Positions 20,333 through 30,353 are shown, numbered from the stretch's first letter. The stretch is DNA of 64,000 nucleotides from Patescibacteria group bacterium (GCA_030017615.1 JASEIG010000002.1:11980-75979); one strand, 5' to 3'. Notes: a model not told the origin generated them from the sequence alone. Translations and numbers: made by a program.

Positions 20333-20558
20333 ATGAAAAAATTATACAGAAACAGCAATAATAAAAACCATTGCGGGGATATTCAGCGGACTGGGAGAAT
20401 ATTTTAATATTGACCCGATACTGTTAAGAATAATATGGATTGTAATTACCATTTTTACGGGGTTAGCGCCGGGAATTGCAATTTATTTGATATCAATATT
20501 TATAATCCCAAAAAACAGGGTTTCGCAGACTTATTCTTCTGCGAAAGTGGATAAATAA
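20333..20558 (+). pseudogene. pspC: PspC-domain protein with one extra base (real frameshift or assembly error)
   Basis: Removing one A from the A5 run at 20363-20367 gives MKKLYRNSNNKTIAGIFSGLGEYFNIDPILLRIIWIVITIFTGLAPGIAIYLISIFIIP..., a typical PspC; absent from ORF track. Confidence 0.85.
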
Positions 20559-20596
20559 AAGGGCGTTAAAATTTAAAAATATATCAAACAAAACAA

Positions 20597-21376
20597 ATGA
20601 ATGTAAAATTAAAAAATAGCGCAGTCGTCATAATTATAATTGCGGCGGTGGTCTTGGCTTATTCGGCTTTTGTTTACGCAAACTCTTTTTCAAGGTCTAT
20701 CTCGCCGTCGTCTTTTAGGAGTTTTTCAGTAAGCGGAGAAGGGAAATCTGTTTCTATTCCCGATATCGCGCAATTTAGTTTTGGATTAACAACTCAAGGA
20801 GGAAAAAATATAAACGTTCTGCAAAAAGAAAATTCAGACAAAATAAATAAAGTTTTAGATTTTTTAAAAGAAAATAATATTGACCCAAAAGATATTAAGA
20901 CGCAAAATTATAATTTGGAGCCGCGATATCAATATTATAATTGTTCACATCCTGAGAGTAGTATTACGCCTTGTCCGCCGGCGGAAATTGTCGGTTACAC
21001 GATAAGCCAAAATATCTCGGTTAAAATAAGAGATTTCGGTAAAATAGGCGATATTCTTTCGGGTATAGTTAAAAATGGCGCGAATTCTGTTTCTCAATTA
21101 AGTTTTGATATTGACAATAAAGATAAAGTTGAAAGCGAAGCTAGAACGGAAGCCGTTAAAAAAGCGCAAATTAAAGCCGAAGAAACGGCAAAAGCGGGAG
21201 GGTTTAAGCTCGGGAAACTTTTGTCTATAGAAGAAAGCTATTCCGCTATTCCGCGATATTATGCGATGAAAGGACTTGGAATGGGCGGAACAATATCCGA
21301 ATCAACGACACCAAACATTGAACCCGGATCGCAAGAAACAACCGTAAACGTAGTTCTAAAATACGAAATAAGATAA
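20597..21376 (+). CDS. SIMPL/DUF541 family secreted protein
   Basis: SVSGEGKSVSIPDIA, IKTQNYNLEP, AVKKAQIKAE, IEPGSQETTVNV. Confidence 0.9.
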   Translation: MNVKLKNSAVVIIIIAAVVLAYSAFVYANSFSRSISPSSFRSFSVSGEGKSVSIPDIAQFSFGLTTQGGKNINVLQKENSDKINKVLDFLKENNIDPKDIKTQNYNLEPRYQYYNCSHPESSITPCPPAEIVGYTISQNISVKIRDFGKIGDILSGIVKNGANSVSQLSFDIDNKDKVESEARTEAVKKAQIKAEETAKAGGFKLGKLLSIEESYSAIPRYYAMKGLGMGGTISESTTPNIEPGSQETTVNVVLKYEIR

Positions 21377-21471
21377 TAATTAAAATACGCCGAAAACGAT
21401 ATTAATTTAACGATTATTTCTCGTATTGTTTTTTTTGCTTAAATTGATAAAATTGGAAAATATTTAATCAG

Positions 21472-22707
21472 ATGAAAAAGATTGTTTTAATAACGATTTT
21501 AACAGCCGTTGCCGCTTCCGGTTTGTCTTTTTATTTTGGATACCAGCAAGGAATTAAACACCCTCAAATCATATTAGTCAAAGGATTATCCAATATTGAA
21601 AACGGAAAAGAAGAGAGTGTTGATTTTAATTTGTTTTGGGAAGCTTGGCAAGCTCTGAAAAAAAATTACGCGGATGCGGATAAGCTTGATAATCAAAATC
21701 TGGTTTACGGGGCAATATCAGGACTTTTTAGAGCCACAAAAGATCCATATTCGGTTTTTATGCCTCCGTCCGAAGCTAAAAATTTTAACGAAGAAATTAG
21801 CGGAGAGTTTGGCGGAATCGGCGCGGAAATCGGCATCAGAAATGAAGAACTTACCGTCATAACGCCTATTAAAGGAACACCCGCGGAAAAAGCGGGACTG
21901 ACAGCGGGCGACAAAATTTTAAAAATAAATGATACAATCACCGCGGGATTAACCGTAGATGAAGCGGTAAGTAAAATAAAGGGACAAAAAGGAACAAAAG
22001 TCGTTTTAACAATGTTCAGAAAAGAATGGAGCGAGCCAAAAGAAATTTCCATTACCAGAGACACAATACAAATTCCCACCTTAGACAGTAAAAATTTAAA
22101 TTATGAAGGCAAAGAAGACCCGAAGGGAAAGATAATGTATTTGCAATTATATAATTTCTACGAAAAGTCGCCGTTGCTGTTTTATAATACGATTGTAAAA
22201 TCTCTTTTTAATAACAATCCTAAAGGAATTATTATTGATTTAAGAAATAACCCGGGAGGATATTTGGAAGCGGCCGTTAATATCGCCGGATGGTTTATGG
22301 ATAGGGGACAGCTTGTGGTTTCGGAAAAATTTAATTTTGGAAACAACAAAGAATTTAGAACTGACGGCACCGAATTATTTAAAAACACTCCGGTTGTTGT
22401 TCTTATAAATCAAGGGTCGGCATCGGCGTCCGAAATTTTAGCCGGAACGTTGAGAGATAATAGAGGTATAAAATTAGTGGGAAATAAAAGTTTCGGGAAA
22501 GGAAGTGTTCAGCAAATGATACCTCTTGGCAATAATTCAGAAGCAAAAATAACAATTGCGCGCTGGCTGACTCCCAAAGGAAATTTAATAGATAAAGAAG
22601 GGTTAAAGCCCGATATTGAAGTTAATATTACCCAGCAAGATGTTGAAAGCGGGAAAGACCCTCAGCTGGAAAAAGCGGTTGAAATTCTTAATTCAGAAAT
22701 AAAATGA
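21472..22707 (+). CDS. ctpA: Carboxyl-terminal processing protease (S41, PDZ)
   Basis: DPYS, FGGIGAEI, IIDLRNNPGG, SASASEILAG, FGKGSVQ. Confidence 0.95.
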   Translation: MKKIVLITILTAVAASGLSFYFGYQQGIKHPQIILVKGLSNIENGKEESVDFNLFWEAWQALKKNYADADKLDNQNLVYGAISGLFRATKDPYSVFMPPSEAKNFNEEISGEFGGIGAEIGIRNEELTVITPIKGTPAEKAGLTAGDKILKINDTITAGLTVDEAVSKIKGQKGTKVVLTMFRKEWSEPKEISITRDTIQIPTLDSKNLNYEGKEDPKGKIMYLQLYNFYEKSPLLFYNTIVKSLFNNNPKGIIIDLRNNPGGYLEAAVNIAGWFMDRGQLVVSEKFNFGNNKEFRTDGTELFKNTPVVVLINQGSASASEILAGTLRDNRGIKLVGNKSFGKGSVQQMIPLGNNSEAKITIARWLTPKGNLIDKEGLKPDIEVNITQQDVESGKDPQLEKAVEILNSEIK

Positions 22708-23162
22708 AAATTATTTTTCTTAAAGATATAAAAGGCGGCGGCAAACAGTTTGAAGTAAAAGAAGTCAAGGAAGGATACGCAAGGAATTTTTTATTGCCTA
22801 AAAAATTGGCAAAAATCGCGACAGACGAAGAAATAAAATCTCTTAATGATAAAAAAGCGACGCTTGAAAAAAAACAAGCGGAGTTAAAAATCCAGTTTGA
22901 AAAAATAACCAAAGACATTTCCGGAATGGAATTTTATTTCTATCCAAAAATCGGGAAAAAACAGGAAGTTTTCGGCTCGGTGAATAAATCGGATATAGAA
23001 GAAGCGGTTATTAAAAAAATTCCTCTTAATTTGCGGGATGAAATAAATATAAGCGCGAACGTCAGGACAATCAAAGATTTGGGAGAACATACGGTTAAAA
23101 TAAATTTCGGACACGGGTTGCAAACGTCTATTAAAGTAATATTAAATCAAGAAAAAATATAA
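22704..23162 (+). CDS. rplI: 50S ribosomal protein L9
   Basis: MKIIFLKDI, VKEGYARNFLLP, VFGSV, IKDLGEH. Confidence 0.96.
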   Translation: MKIIFLKDIKGGGKQFEVKEVKEGYARNFLLPKKLAKIATDEEIKSLNDKKATLEKKQAELKIQFEKITKDISGMEFYFYPKIGKKQEVFGSVNKSDIEEAVIKKIPLNLRDEINISANVRTIKDLGEHTVKINFGHGLQTSIKVILNQEKI

Positions 23163-23225
23163 GCGTTATCACGGCGCATAATCATAACAACGCTCAATCC
23201 TACAATCCTAAGTAAAGCCAAAAGT

Positions 23226-23256
23226 AAAAAATACCGCAAAATTTGCGGTATTTTTT
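23226..23256. terminator. Bidirectional terminator between rplI and rpmA
   Basis: AAAAAATACCGCAAA-a-TTTGCGGTATTTTTT between convergent genes. Confidence 0.8.
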
Positions 23257-23539
23257 ATGCTTTTGAAGCTTCAATTTTAACAACCTTAATGTATCTTGTG
23301 TTTCCGTCAAATTTTGTTTTCTTTCGCGATAGAAACTTGACGACTCCGTTAATCGCGGCGTATAACGTGTCGTCTCCGGCACGCCTTACATTAAGTCCGG
23401 GCAAGTATTTGGTTCCCCGCTGACGGACAATAACTTCGCCGGATTTTACCGCTTCTCCATGCTGTTTTTTAATTCCTAATCGTTTTGCAATGGAATCTCT
23501 GCCTAATTTTGTTGACCCTATTGCCTTGGTATGCGCCAT
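23255..23539 (-). CDS. rpmA: 50S ribosomal protein L27
   Basis: [31 protein letters not shown]. Confidence 0.98.
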   Translation of the reverse strand: MAHTKAIGSTKLGRDSIAKRLGIKKQHGEAVKSGEVIVRQRGTKYLPGLNVRRAGDDTLYAAINGVVKFLSRKKTKFDGNTRYIKVVKIEASKA

Positions 23540-23656
23540 ATAAAAAAGTTAAAAGTCAAAAGTTAAAACTGATAATTTTTGATACTTACTTTTGATTTTG
23601 ACTTACAAATAATACAGATTTTAACTCGCTTTATTATTGGATAATATTAATTTATA

Positions 23657-24385
23657 ATGGACAATATGTCAAACGCCGGAAAACTTATTTTTGATATTGA
23701 AACAATAGGGGATAATTTTGACGATTTAGACGCCACGACGCAGGATATTCTAACCCGCTGGATTAAAAAAGATTCGGATAATGATACTGAATATGAGCAA
23801 GCTCTTGAAAATTTAAAGAGTGGTATGGGATTTTCTCCGCTTACGGGAGAAATTGTCGTTATCGGCGTCTATGATTATATTATGAATCAGGGAGTGGTTT
23901 ATTTTCAGGCTCCGGGACAAAATATCGGAGAATTTACCGAAAACGGCATTAAATTCAAGCAAATGACCGAAAAAGAAATGCTTGAAAATTTTTGGCAGGG
24001 AGCAGATAAATATAATGAATTTATAACTTTTAACGGCAGAACTTTTGACGCGCCGTTTTTAATGATAAGATCGGCAATACACGGCGTAAGACCAACCAAA
24101 AATCTTATGGAGGGCAGGTATTTTTACCAGCAAAAAAATTGTAAACATATTGACCTTTACGACCAATTAAGTTTTTTGGGCGCTTTATCAAGAAAGGGAA
24201 ATTTACATTTATGGAGCAAAGCGTTCGGAATAAAAAGTCCGAAATCAGACGGAGTAACCGGCGATGACGTGGGCAGATTATTTAAAGAAGGAAAGTTTGT
24301 GGAAATAGCAAAATATAACGTCGGCGATTTGAAAGCCACAAAAGAACTTTACGAAAAATGGAATGCTTATCTAAATTTCCAATAA
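23657..24385 (+). CDS. Predicted 3'-5' exonuclease (DnaQ/PolB-like, RNase H fold)
   Basis: DEDD-type motifs IFDIET, FNGRTFD, YNVGD. Confidence 0.85.
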   Translation: MDNMSNAGKLIFDIETIGDNFDDLDATTQDILTRWIKKDSDNDTEYEQALENLKSGMGFSPLTGEIVVIGVYDYIMNQGVVYFQAPGQNIGEFTENGIKFKQMTEKEMLENFWQGADKYNEFITFNGRTFDAPFLMIRSAIHGVRPTKNLMEGRYFYQQKNCKHIDLYDQLSFLGALSRKGNLHLWSKAFGIKSPKSDGVTGDDVGRLFKEGKFVEIAKYNVGDLKATKELYEKWNAYLNFQ

Positions 24386-24418
24386 AATAAATAAAAATAA
24401 AAAAGCAAAAAAGAAATA

Positions 24419-24616
24419 ATGCTAAAGGAAAAAATTTTAGATATTAAAAATAATATCAAAGAATACCGGCGCGAGCATCGCCAAAAAATAAATATTGTTA
24501 TTTTGTTGTTTTTAGTCAGTTTTTTGAGTTTCGGTTTGGGATGTTTAATCAACCGCGAATTTAATCACGCGCCGATTATTATTGAAAAATGCGCCGATTT
24601 TATTTCTAAATCATAA
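24419..24616 (+). CDS. Small single-TM hypothetical protein
   Basis: 65 aa, TM ending LSFGLG, PIIIE tail. Confidence 0.65.
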   Translation: MLKEKILDIKNNIKEYRREHRQKINIVILLFLVSFLSFGLGCLINREFNHAPIIIEKCADFISKS

Positions 24617-24621
24617 TTTTA

Positions 24622-25398
24622 TTAAAGATAGCCGGCTTCTTTCAGCCAATAATCATTTTCCCATTCCCATAATTTTTTTGCGCCTTGAAACGCTTTATAA
24701 TCTTCCTGCCAATAAGGAAATTCTTTTAGTTCAATTTCTCCTTGAAGCTCCGACCATTTATGATGGTCGTCCAAACATACCGGAAGCGCGCGGTTTTTTT
24801 CGTTTCTTAACGGACGTAATTTATCGCGCCCGCCCTTGCTTCTTAAACTTGCCCCGCATTTCAAACATTTTTTAATCTGATCTATTCTTAAAATCCATCT
24901 GCTTTGCAAATTTTTAAATTCTTTTTCCAAAGCGGCCATATAAGCGGAGGTTTGAAGATTATAGTCGCGATAAATCGCCTGCGAAGTTTTAATATCCAAA
25001 ACGCCGAATTTGCCGTTAATCAGCGCCAGGGCGTCCAAAGTGCCGGCATATCTTTCATCAAAATTAACAATTCGTTTCTCAACCCATTCAGGATTGACTT
25101 GGATATTGTTTTTTTCCACAAATTCCACATAGGCCTGCACGGAAGGGGCTATGGAAGGGTCTATAACAGGGGATTCGCCAATCATTATCTTTTCTACCGT
25201 CTCGTGTATAAGAGTACCTTCGGAAGTGGAATTTTTCTTAATCTCTTCGCCCGCGCCAAAACTGCCAAGTTCCGCATAGAACTTGTATAGAGCAGGTTTG
25301 GATTTTATTTCAACGATTTTCGTAACACGGGGAAACCATAGTCCGCCAATATCATAACCGGCCAACCCTTTAAAATGTTCAAGATTTTGGTAGTACAT
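24622..25398 (-). CDS. PD-(D/E)XK (RecB-family) nuclease with Cys/His insert
   Basis: GTLIHE, EKRIV, YAGTLD, LDIKTS, LQTSAY; ATG at 25398 (MYYQN). Confidence 0.85.
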   Translation of the reverse strand: MYYQNLEHFKGLAGYDIGGLWFPRVTKIVEIKSKPALYKFYAELGSFGAGEEIKKNSTSEGTLIHETVEKIMIGESPVIDPSIAPSVQAYVEFVEKNNIQVNPEWVEKRIVNFDERYAGTLDALALINGKFGVLDIKTSQAIYRDYNLQTSAYMAALEKEFKNLQSRWILRIDQIKKCLKCGASLRSKGGRDKLRPLRNEKNRALPVCLDDHHKWSELQGEIELKEFPYWQEDYKAFQGAKKLWEWENDYWLKEAGYL

Positions 25399-25530
25399 AT
25401 TTTTTAATTCAAAATTAATAAATGAAATAAAATAAAAATTCAAGACGACAATACTCGGGAGAATGCCGCTTTTCCCATTTTTATACCTGTCGCGAAATGA
25501 CTGTTTTACGACGGATACAATATTAAAAAC

Positions 25531-25689
25531 TTAAATACGGTTAATCAACCATTTAATAGCCGTTACAAAAAATCCCAGTATCTTTATCATTATCTGTCCA
25601 GTCTCTTTTATGGCAATTACCAAAGCCGGAATGATGTTTTTTATTATATCAGAAATTAAAATTAAAATTTTTTGAATTAATTCCGTCAT
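25531..25689 (-). CDS. Unannotated 52-aa amphipathic peptide
   Basis: MTELIQKILILISDIIKNIIPALVIAIKETGQIMIKILGFFVTAIKWLINRI; ATG 15 nt after the M23 gene stop. Confidence 0.55.
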   Translation of the reverse strand: MTELIQKILILISDIIKNIIPALVIAIKETGQIMIKILGFFVTAIKWLINRI

Positions 25690-25704
25690 ATTTTGTTTTT
25701 ATTA

Positions 25705-26958
25705 TTATAAATAATTAAACGGGTTTAAGTCTCCGCCATACGGCATTTTAGGACCGCAGGTTTTAGCCGGAGATATTCTAAGTGTCGGTCCCGCATAAAC
25801 GGTAAAATGCAGGTGCGGCCCGGTTGAATATCCGGTATTACCGACATATCCTATCAAATCGCCGCGGTTCACTTTTTGCCCCTCTTTAACGATTTGCAGT
25901 GAAAAATGGCTGTATAGCGTTGCCAGATTATTATTATGCCGAATCACGATAAATTTTCCATACGCGCCCTTATAACAATAGCGGTCTTGATTCCCGACAG
26001 CAAGAACTTCGCCGGCTTCCGCCGCGTACACGGGAGTTCCTATTGGAGCGGAAATATCAATTCCATTATGCCACTTGCCGCGATATCCGCCATGTCTGGC
26101 AAAATCAGTGGCTCCATAATCCTGCGAAATTTTTCCCTGAATCGGCATAGCCAATACCCCCGGATGAGATGTCGGTAAAACATTTAAATCAATTTTACCG
26201 CGCATTTGGGCGTCCAATTCTTCAATTTCAGCCGCAATTTGTTCCTGTCTTTTTTGCAATTCAGAAAGAGATTGCTGATAGTTTGCTTCTTTGTTTTTTG
26301 TCTGCTCCAACACGGTTTGCCTGTATTTTTTTAGTTCTTCCGCTATTATTTTTTTATTCTCAAAATTTTTGTTTTCTATTTCTTTTTGTTTCTTATGGTC
26401 TGAAGCAATGTCAAGATTTTTTTGCAAATCATCTTTAAGATTTTTTAATTCCAGCACTTCGTAACTAAGGTTGTCTTGGAAATTAACCATTCTCTGCACT
26501 TCGGATAATCCTTCGGCAATGCTTTTATTGTTTAAAATAACCAATAAAGGATTGTTTAATGAGTCTTTTTTTTGAATCTGCCGCAAAAGTTCCGTGATAA
26601 CCGCCTCTTTTTCGTTTATTTTGCTTTCAGAATTCTGAATTTTGTATTGCGTGTCTTCTACTTGTAAACTTAATTTTTCAACGGCAACTTTACTGGATTT
26701 TATGCTTAAATTAATTTGGTTAATATTGCCGTTTATTTGTTTTAATTCTTTTTGCAAACTTTGTTTTTGTGAACGGGTTTCGTCCAGTTGATTTTGAATA
26801 TTTTGTATTTGCGTGTTGACTTCGTTAAGTTCTTGACTTTTTTTATCAATTGACGATTTTAAATCAGGGGAAACCGCAACGGCACCCGCAAAATTTACGG
26901 CTGAAATTAAAGCTATCGCAATCAAAAAAAACAAATTTGATTTTTTATCAACAGTCAT
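25705..26958 (-). CDS. M23 family peptidase with coiled coil (EnvC/MepM-like)
   Basis: Signal peptide, long coiled coil, HNGID, YSH, STGPHLHF zinc motifs intact. Confidence 0.93.
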   Translation of the reverse strand: MTVDKKSNLFFLIAIALISAVNFAGAVAVSPDLKSSIDKKSQELNEVNTQIQNIQNQLDETRSQKQSLQKELKQINGNINQINLSIKSSKVAVEKLSLQVEDTQYKIQNSESKINEKEAVITELLRQIQKKDSLNNPLLVILNNKSIAEGLSEVQRMVNFQDNLSYEVLELKNLKDDLQKNLDIASDHKKQKEIENKNFENKKIIAEELKKYRQTVLEQTKNKEANYQQSLSELQKRQEQIAAEIEELDAQMRGKIDLNVLPTSHPGVLAMPIQGKISQDYGATDFARHGGYRGKWHNGIDISAPIGTPVYAAEAGEVLAVGNQDRYCYKGAYGKFIVIRHNNNLATLYSHFSLQIVKEGQKVNRGDLIGYVGNTGYSTGPHLHFTVYAGPTLRISPAKTCGPKMPYGGDLNPFNYL

Positions 26959-26967
26959 GCCAAATAA

Positions 26968-28413
26968 TTAAGATATTTTATTAATCGCAATTTTAACGCG
27001 CGCCAAAGACTTTTCTTTGCCGAGAATTTCAATAATTTCAAACGGTCCCGGAGAAGTTTCTTTGCCGCTTAACGCCACGCGCAACGGCCATAAAACCTCT
27101 CCCCTGCCCCACGCTTCGGCAATCGGCATAATAATTTCTTTAAGTCCGGCATAATCGGATTCCGCCATTTTTTTAATTTCATTGTATAAATTTTCCAAAA
27201 TTATTTTTGTTTTTTCTTTATTGGATGTTTTCCAAATTAACATATCTTTATCATAATTCGGCAACTCAAAAAAGAACTCCGCAATTTCCTTAAAATCGGA
27301 AAGTTTTTTTATCCTTTCTTTTTCAAATTTTATTATTTTCCCGATTAATTCTTTTTCCAATCTCCATTTTTCAGGAATAAAATTTTTCAATCTTTCAGTC
27401 AGATCATTATCGCTTAATTTGCGAATATGTTGCGCGTTTAGCCATTCTAATTTTTCAAGGTTAAACACCGCTCCGGCTTTTTGTATTCGCTTTAAATCAA
27501 ATTCTTTTATAATTTCTTTCATTGTTATTATTTCGCGGTCATCTTTGGGATGCCATCCCAGAAAGGCCATAAAATTATTCATGGCTTCCGGCAAATATCC
27601 CTGCGATTGAAAATCATTAAGCGAGGCATCAATATAACGTTTTGAAAGTTTACTTCTGTCGGGAGATAAAATCAGCGGCAAATGTGCGTATTGCGGTTCA
27701 GGAAAACCAAGCGCCCTCTGAAGCATAATTTGTTTCGGCGTGTTTGAAATATGGTCTTCGCCGCGAATAACATGAGAAATTTTCATCGCGTAATCATCAA
27801 CGACACCGGCAAAATAAAACAACGGCGATTTTAAATTTCTTGCAATCACAATATCGCCTATTAAACCCATATCTGCGGAAATTTTATCCCTAATAAGGTC
27901 GGAAAATTCCAATCTTACGGCAGGCATTTTAAATCTTATGACCGCTTTTTCACCTTTTCGCAAACGCTCGTTAACTTTTTCTTCGGATAAATTTTGGCAC
28001 CTGCCGCCATATTTTGGAGATAATCCCTGACTTATCATGGCCTGACGGTCAGCTTCTATTTCTTCCTTAGAGCAAAAACAATGGAAAGCTTTTTTTTCTT
28101 CAATGAGTTGTTTTAAATATTTCTCGTAAATATCAAGACGTTCAGATTGCCTATAAGGGCCATACGATCCGTCTATATCCGGTCCTTCTTCCCAATTCAA
28201 ACCAAGCCATTTAAGGCCGTTTATAATATCTTCTTCATACTTTTTTTCGGAACGCTCAAAATCGGTATCTTCTACGCGCAAAATAAACTTCCCTCCCTGA
28301 TTTTTCGCAAAAATCCAGTTAAAAAGAGCTGTTCGCGCAGTGCCAAAATGAAACAGGCCTGTGGGAGAAGGAGCTAATCTAACCCGAATCTCGGTTTTGA
28401 AGATGTCGGCCAT
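26968..28413 (-). CDS. gltX: Glutamate--tRNA ligase
   Basis: RLAPSPTG..HFG, LRVEDTD, PYRQSER, HVIRGEDH, KLSKR; ATG at 28413. Confidence 0.97.
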   Translation of the reverse strand: MADIFKTEIRVRLAPSPTGLFHFGTARTALFNWIFAKNQGGKFILRVEDTDFERSEKKYEEDIINGLKWLGLNWEEGPDIDGSYGPYRQSERLDIYEKYLKQLIEEKKAFHCFCSKEEIEADRQAMISQGLSPKYGGRCQNLSEEKVNERLRKGEKAVIRFKMPAVRLEFSDLIRDKISADMGLIGDIVIARNLKSPLFYFAGVVDDYAMKISHVIRGEDHISNTPKQIMLQRALGFPEPQYAHLPLILSPDRSKLSKRYIDASLNDFQSQGYLPEAMNNFMAFLGWHPKDDREIITMKEIIKEFDLKRIQKAGAVFNLEKLEWLNAQHIRKLSDNDLTERLKNFIPEKWRLEKELIGKIIKFEKERIKKLSDFKEIAEFFFELPNYDKDMLIWKTSNKEKTKIILENLYNEIKKMAESDYAGLKEIIMPIAEAWGRGEVLWPLRVALSGKETSPGPFEIIEILGKEKSLARVKIAINKIS

Positions 28414-28511
28414 ATTTAAGCTATAATTATAGCTTAAAAAAGTCATTTTAGCCAGTTTCAACACACCTTGTCCGCAGTAGCAACCAGACCCCCGCCGCTA
28501 TACTTAGAACT

Positions 28512-30269
28512 TTATTTTCTTCCAAAAATGGAATTAAAGACATTTAATATAAAAGCGGTAATTGAAGATTTGGAATTTGAACTTTGCGGCTGAGCTTGTC
28601 CCTCTGTAGAAGGAGGTTGTGGTGGCTGTTGTCCTGCCTGTGGTTGTTGTTCTCTTAATGGCGGCATTTTTTGACCATCCGGTGGCCGTTGATATTGCTG
28701 AATTTGCTCTTCACTCGGCTGAAAATTTGGCATTTGTTCGTTGCGTTCTTGAGGCGGCGCGTTCACTTCCTGTGTTTCAGAACTTCCGGGACCTTCAATA
28801 TTTTGTCTCTGTTCCTGTTGATTAATCTGGTTTGTTGGTAATTGTCCGCCGCACCCGCTTACTATTTGGTCTATTATTTCTTTTGGATTGCCTTGAAAAT
28901 CTTTTAATTTTTGAGTAAGCGCCGGGGCAACGCAACCTCTTATTTCCGGCGGAAATGAATTAATCATTTTTCCGATATCCAATCCCCTGTTTTCATCTCT
29001 CGGCATCATCCTCTGTTCCTCTCTCATACCAGATTCTCCCGGCTCAAATTCCTGTTTCTCGCCGCGCGGACCTATCTGACCGCCAAGTTTTTCAAAACAT
29101 TCTTGCATCGCTTGACCGATTTGTTGCGAAGGCATACCGGTTTCGCTTTTCATTTTTTCAACCGCGTCATCTCCGGCTATTTGCTTAATACAATCCAAAA
29201 CTTCTTGAGGAGCTTCATTAACGGCTTTTATCATTTGCTGTTTTCCTTCTTTCATTTTTTGAAGGTCTTCAGCCGGAATCATTCCGTGTTCTATTCCAAA
29301 TTGCATACAAGCTTCTTGGTTATCTTTGCAATACGCCTCGCATTCGTTTTTACTTTTACATCCGCCGGGACCTTTACCGCCGGTTTTTTTAGCCATTTTA
29401 GCTTCTTCAGGCGTCATCATTCCATTTTGCACGCCAAAATCAACGCAAACTTGGAAATTTTCTTCTTTATTGCAAAATGCATCGCATTCTTCTCTGCCTT
29501 TACATCCGCCCGGCCCCTTCCCTTTTGTTTTTCGCGCCATTTGAGCTTCATCGGCTTTCATAAATCCGGCCTTCTCGGCAAAAGCGATACATTCTTCAAA
29601 ATGGTTTTCCTCGGAACAATAAGCGTCGCATTCTTTTTTGCCGCCGCATGGAGGCGGAATTGCGCCGTTTTTAACAGCCTGTAAAACTTTTTGCGCTTCG
29701 TCTTTTTCGTCTTCATCCATTAGCCCGGCTTGCAAAGCAAAATTCATACATTCTTCCATATGATCGGGACTGGAACAATACATTTCGCATCTGTCTTTCC
29801 CTCCGCATGGAGGCGGCTTAATTCCTTTATCTATCGCGGCTTGAACTTTTCTGGCTTCTTCTAATTCTTTCTGGTCCATCAATCCGTTTTTTTCCGCAAA
29901 AGATATGCATTCTTTTATATGACTCACGTCATCGCAATACGCCTCGCATTCCTCTTTGTTTTTACATCCGCCGGGACCTTTTTCTTTTATAATTATTCTG
30001 GCCATCTGCATTTCCCTTTTATCCATTAATTTATTTTTCTCGGCGAAATTTAAGCAGATATCCATACGCGACGGTTCATCGCAATATTTCTTACAATCCG
30101 TTTTATCTTTGCAATTTCCAAGTTCGGCGACAGGAAATTGAATATTGGCAATTTCTCCACCCTGTTGATTTTGCTGTTCCTGCGCAAAAATTTTATTGCC
30201 GGAAACAATAAATAAAGAAATTACGATTGCCGAAATTAATATCCCGGCGCTTAAAATTTTTTGTTTCAT
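28512..30269 (-). CDS. Secreted protein with six Cys-rich repeats and Gln/Pro-rich tail
   Basis: Signal peptide; six C-x5-C-x3-C-x8-C-x2-F units (last unit x6). Confidence 0.88.
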   Translation of the reverse strand: MKQKILSAGILISAIVISLFIVSGNKIFAQEQQNQQGGEIANIQFPVAELGNCKDKTDCKKYCDEPSRMDICLNFAEKNKLMDKREMQMARIIIKEKGPGGCKNKEECEAYCDDVSHIKECISFAEKNGLMDQKELEEARKVQAAIDKGIKPPPCGGKDRCEMYCSSPDHMEECMNFALQAGLMDEDEKDEAQKVLQAVKNGAIPPPCGGKKECDAYCSEENHFEECIAFAEKAGFMKADEAQMARKTKGKGPGGCKGREECDAFCNKEENFQVCVDFGVQNGMMTPEEAKMAKKTGGKGPGGCKSKNECEAYCKDNQEACMQFGIEHGMIPAEDLQKMKEGKQQMIKAVNEAPQEVLDCIKQIAGDDAVEKMKSETGMPSQQIGQAMQECFEKLGGQIGPRGEKQEFEPGESGMREEQRMMPRDENRGLDIGKMINSFPPEIRGCVAPALTQKLKDFQGNPKEIIDQIVSGCGGQLPTNQINQQEQRQNIEGPGSSETQEVNAPPQERNEQMPNFQPSEEQIQQYQRPPDGQKMPPLREQQPQAGQQPPQPPSTEGQAQPQSSNSKSSITAFILNVFNSIFGRK

Positions 30270-30353
30270 AATTAATAACTAAGTTTATAAAGTTTCTAAA
30301 ATAAAAAGTTTACCAAAAAGATTTTAAATTTCACAACTTTATAAATATTTATT

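Noticed and set aside
23172-23200. dif site (GGCGCATAAT resembles a XerC arm)
   Set aside because: No XerD arm (TTATGTTAAA-like) at the required spacing.
24622-25398. Cas4 / CRISPR system
   Set aside because: Lacks the Cas4 Fe-S cysteine pattern, and there are no cas genes or repeat-spacer array in the window.
28440-28510. GC-rich intergenic stretch upstream of gltX as a T-box or ncRNA
   Set aside because: No T-box consensus and no convincing stem structure.
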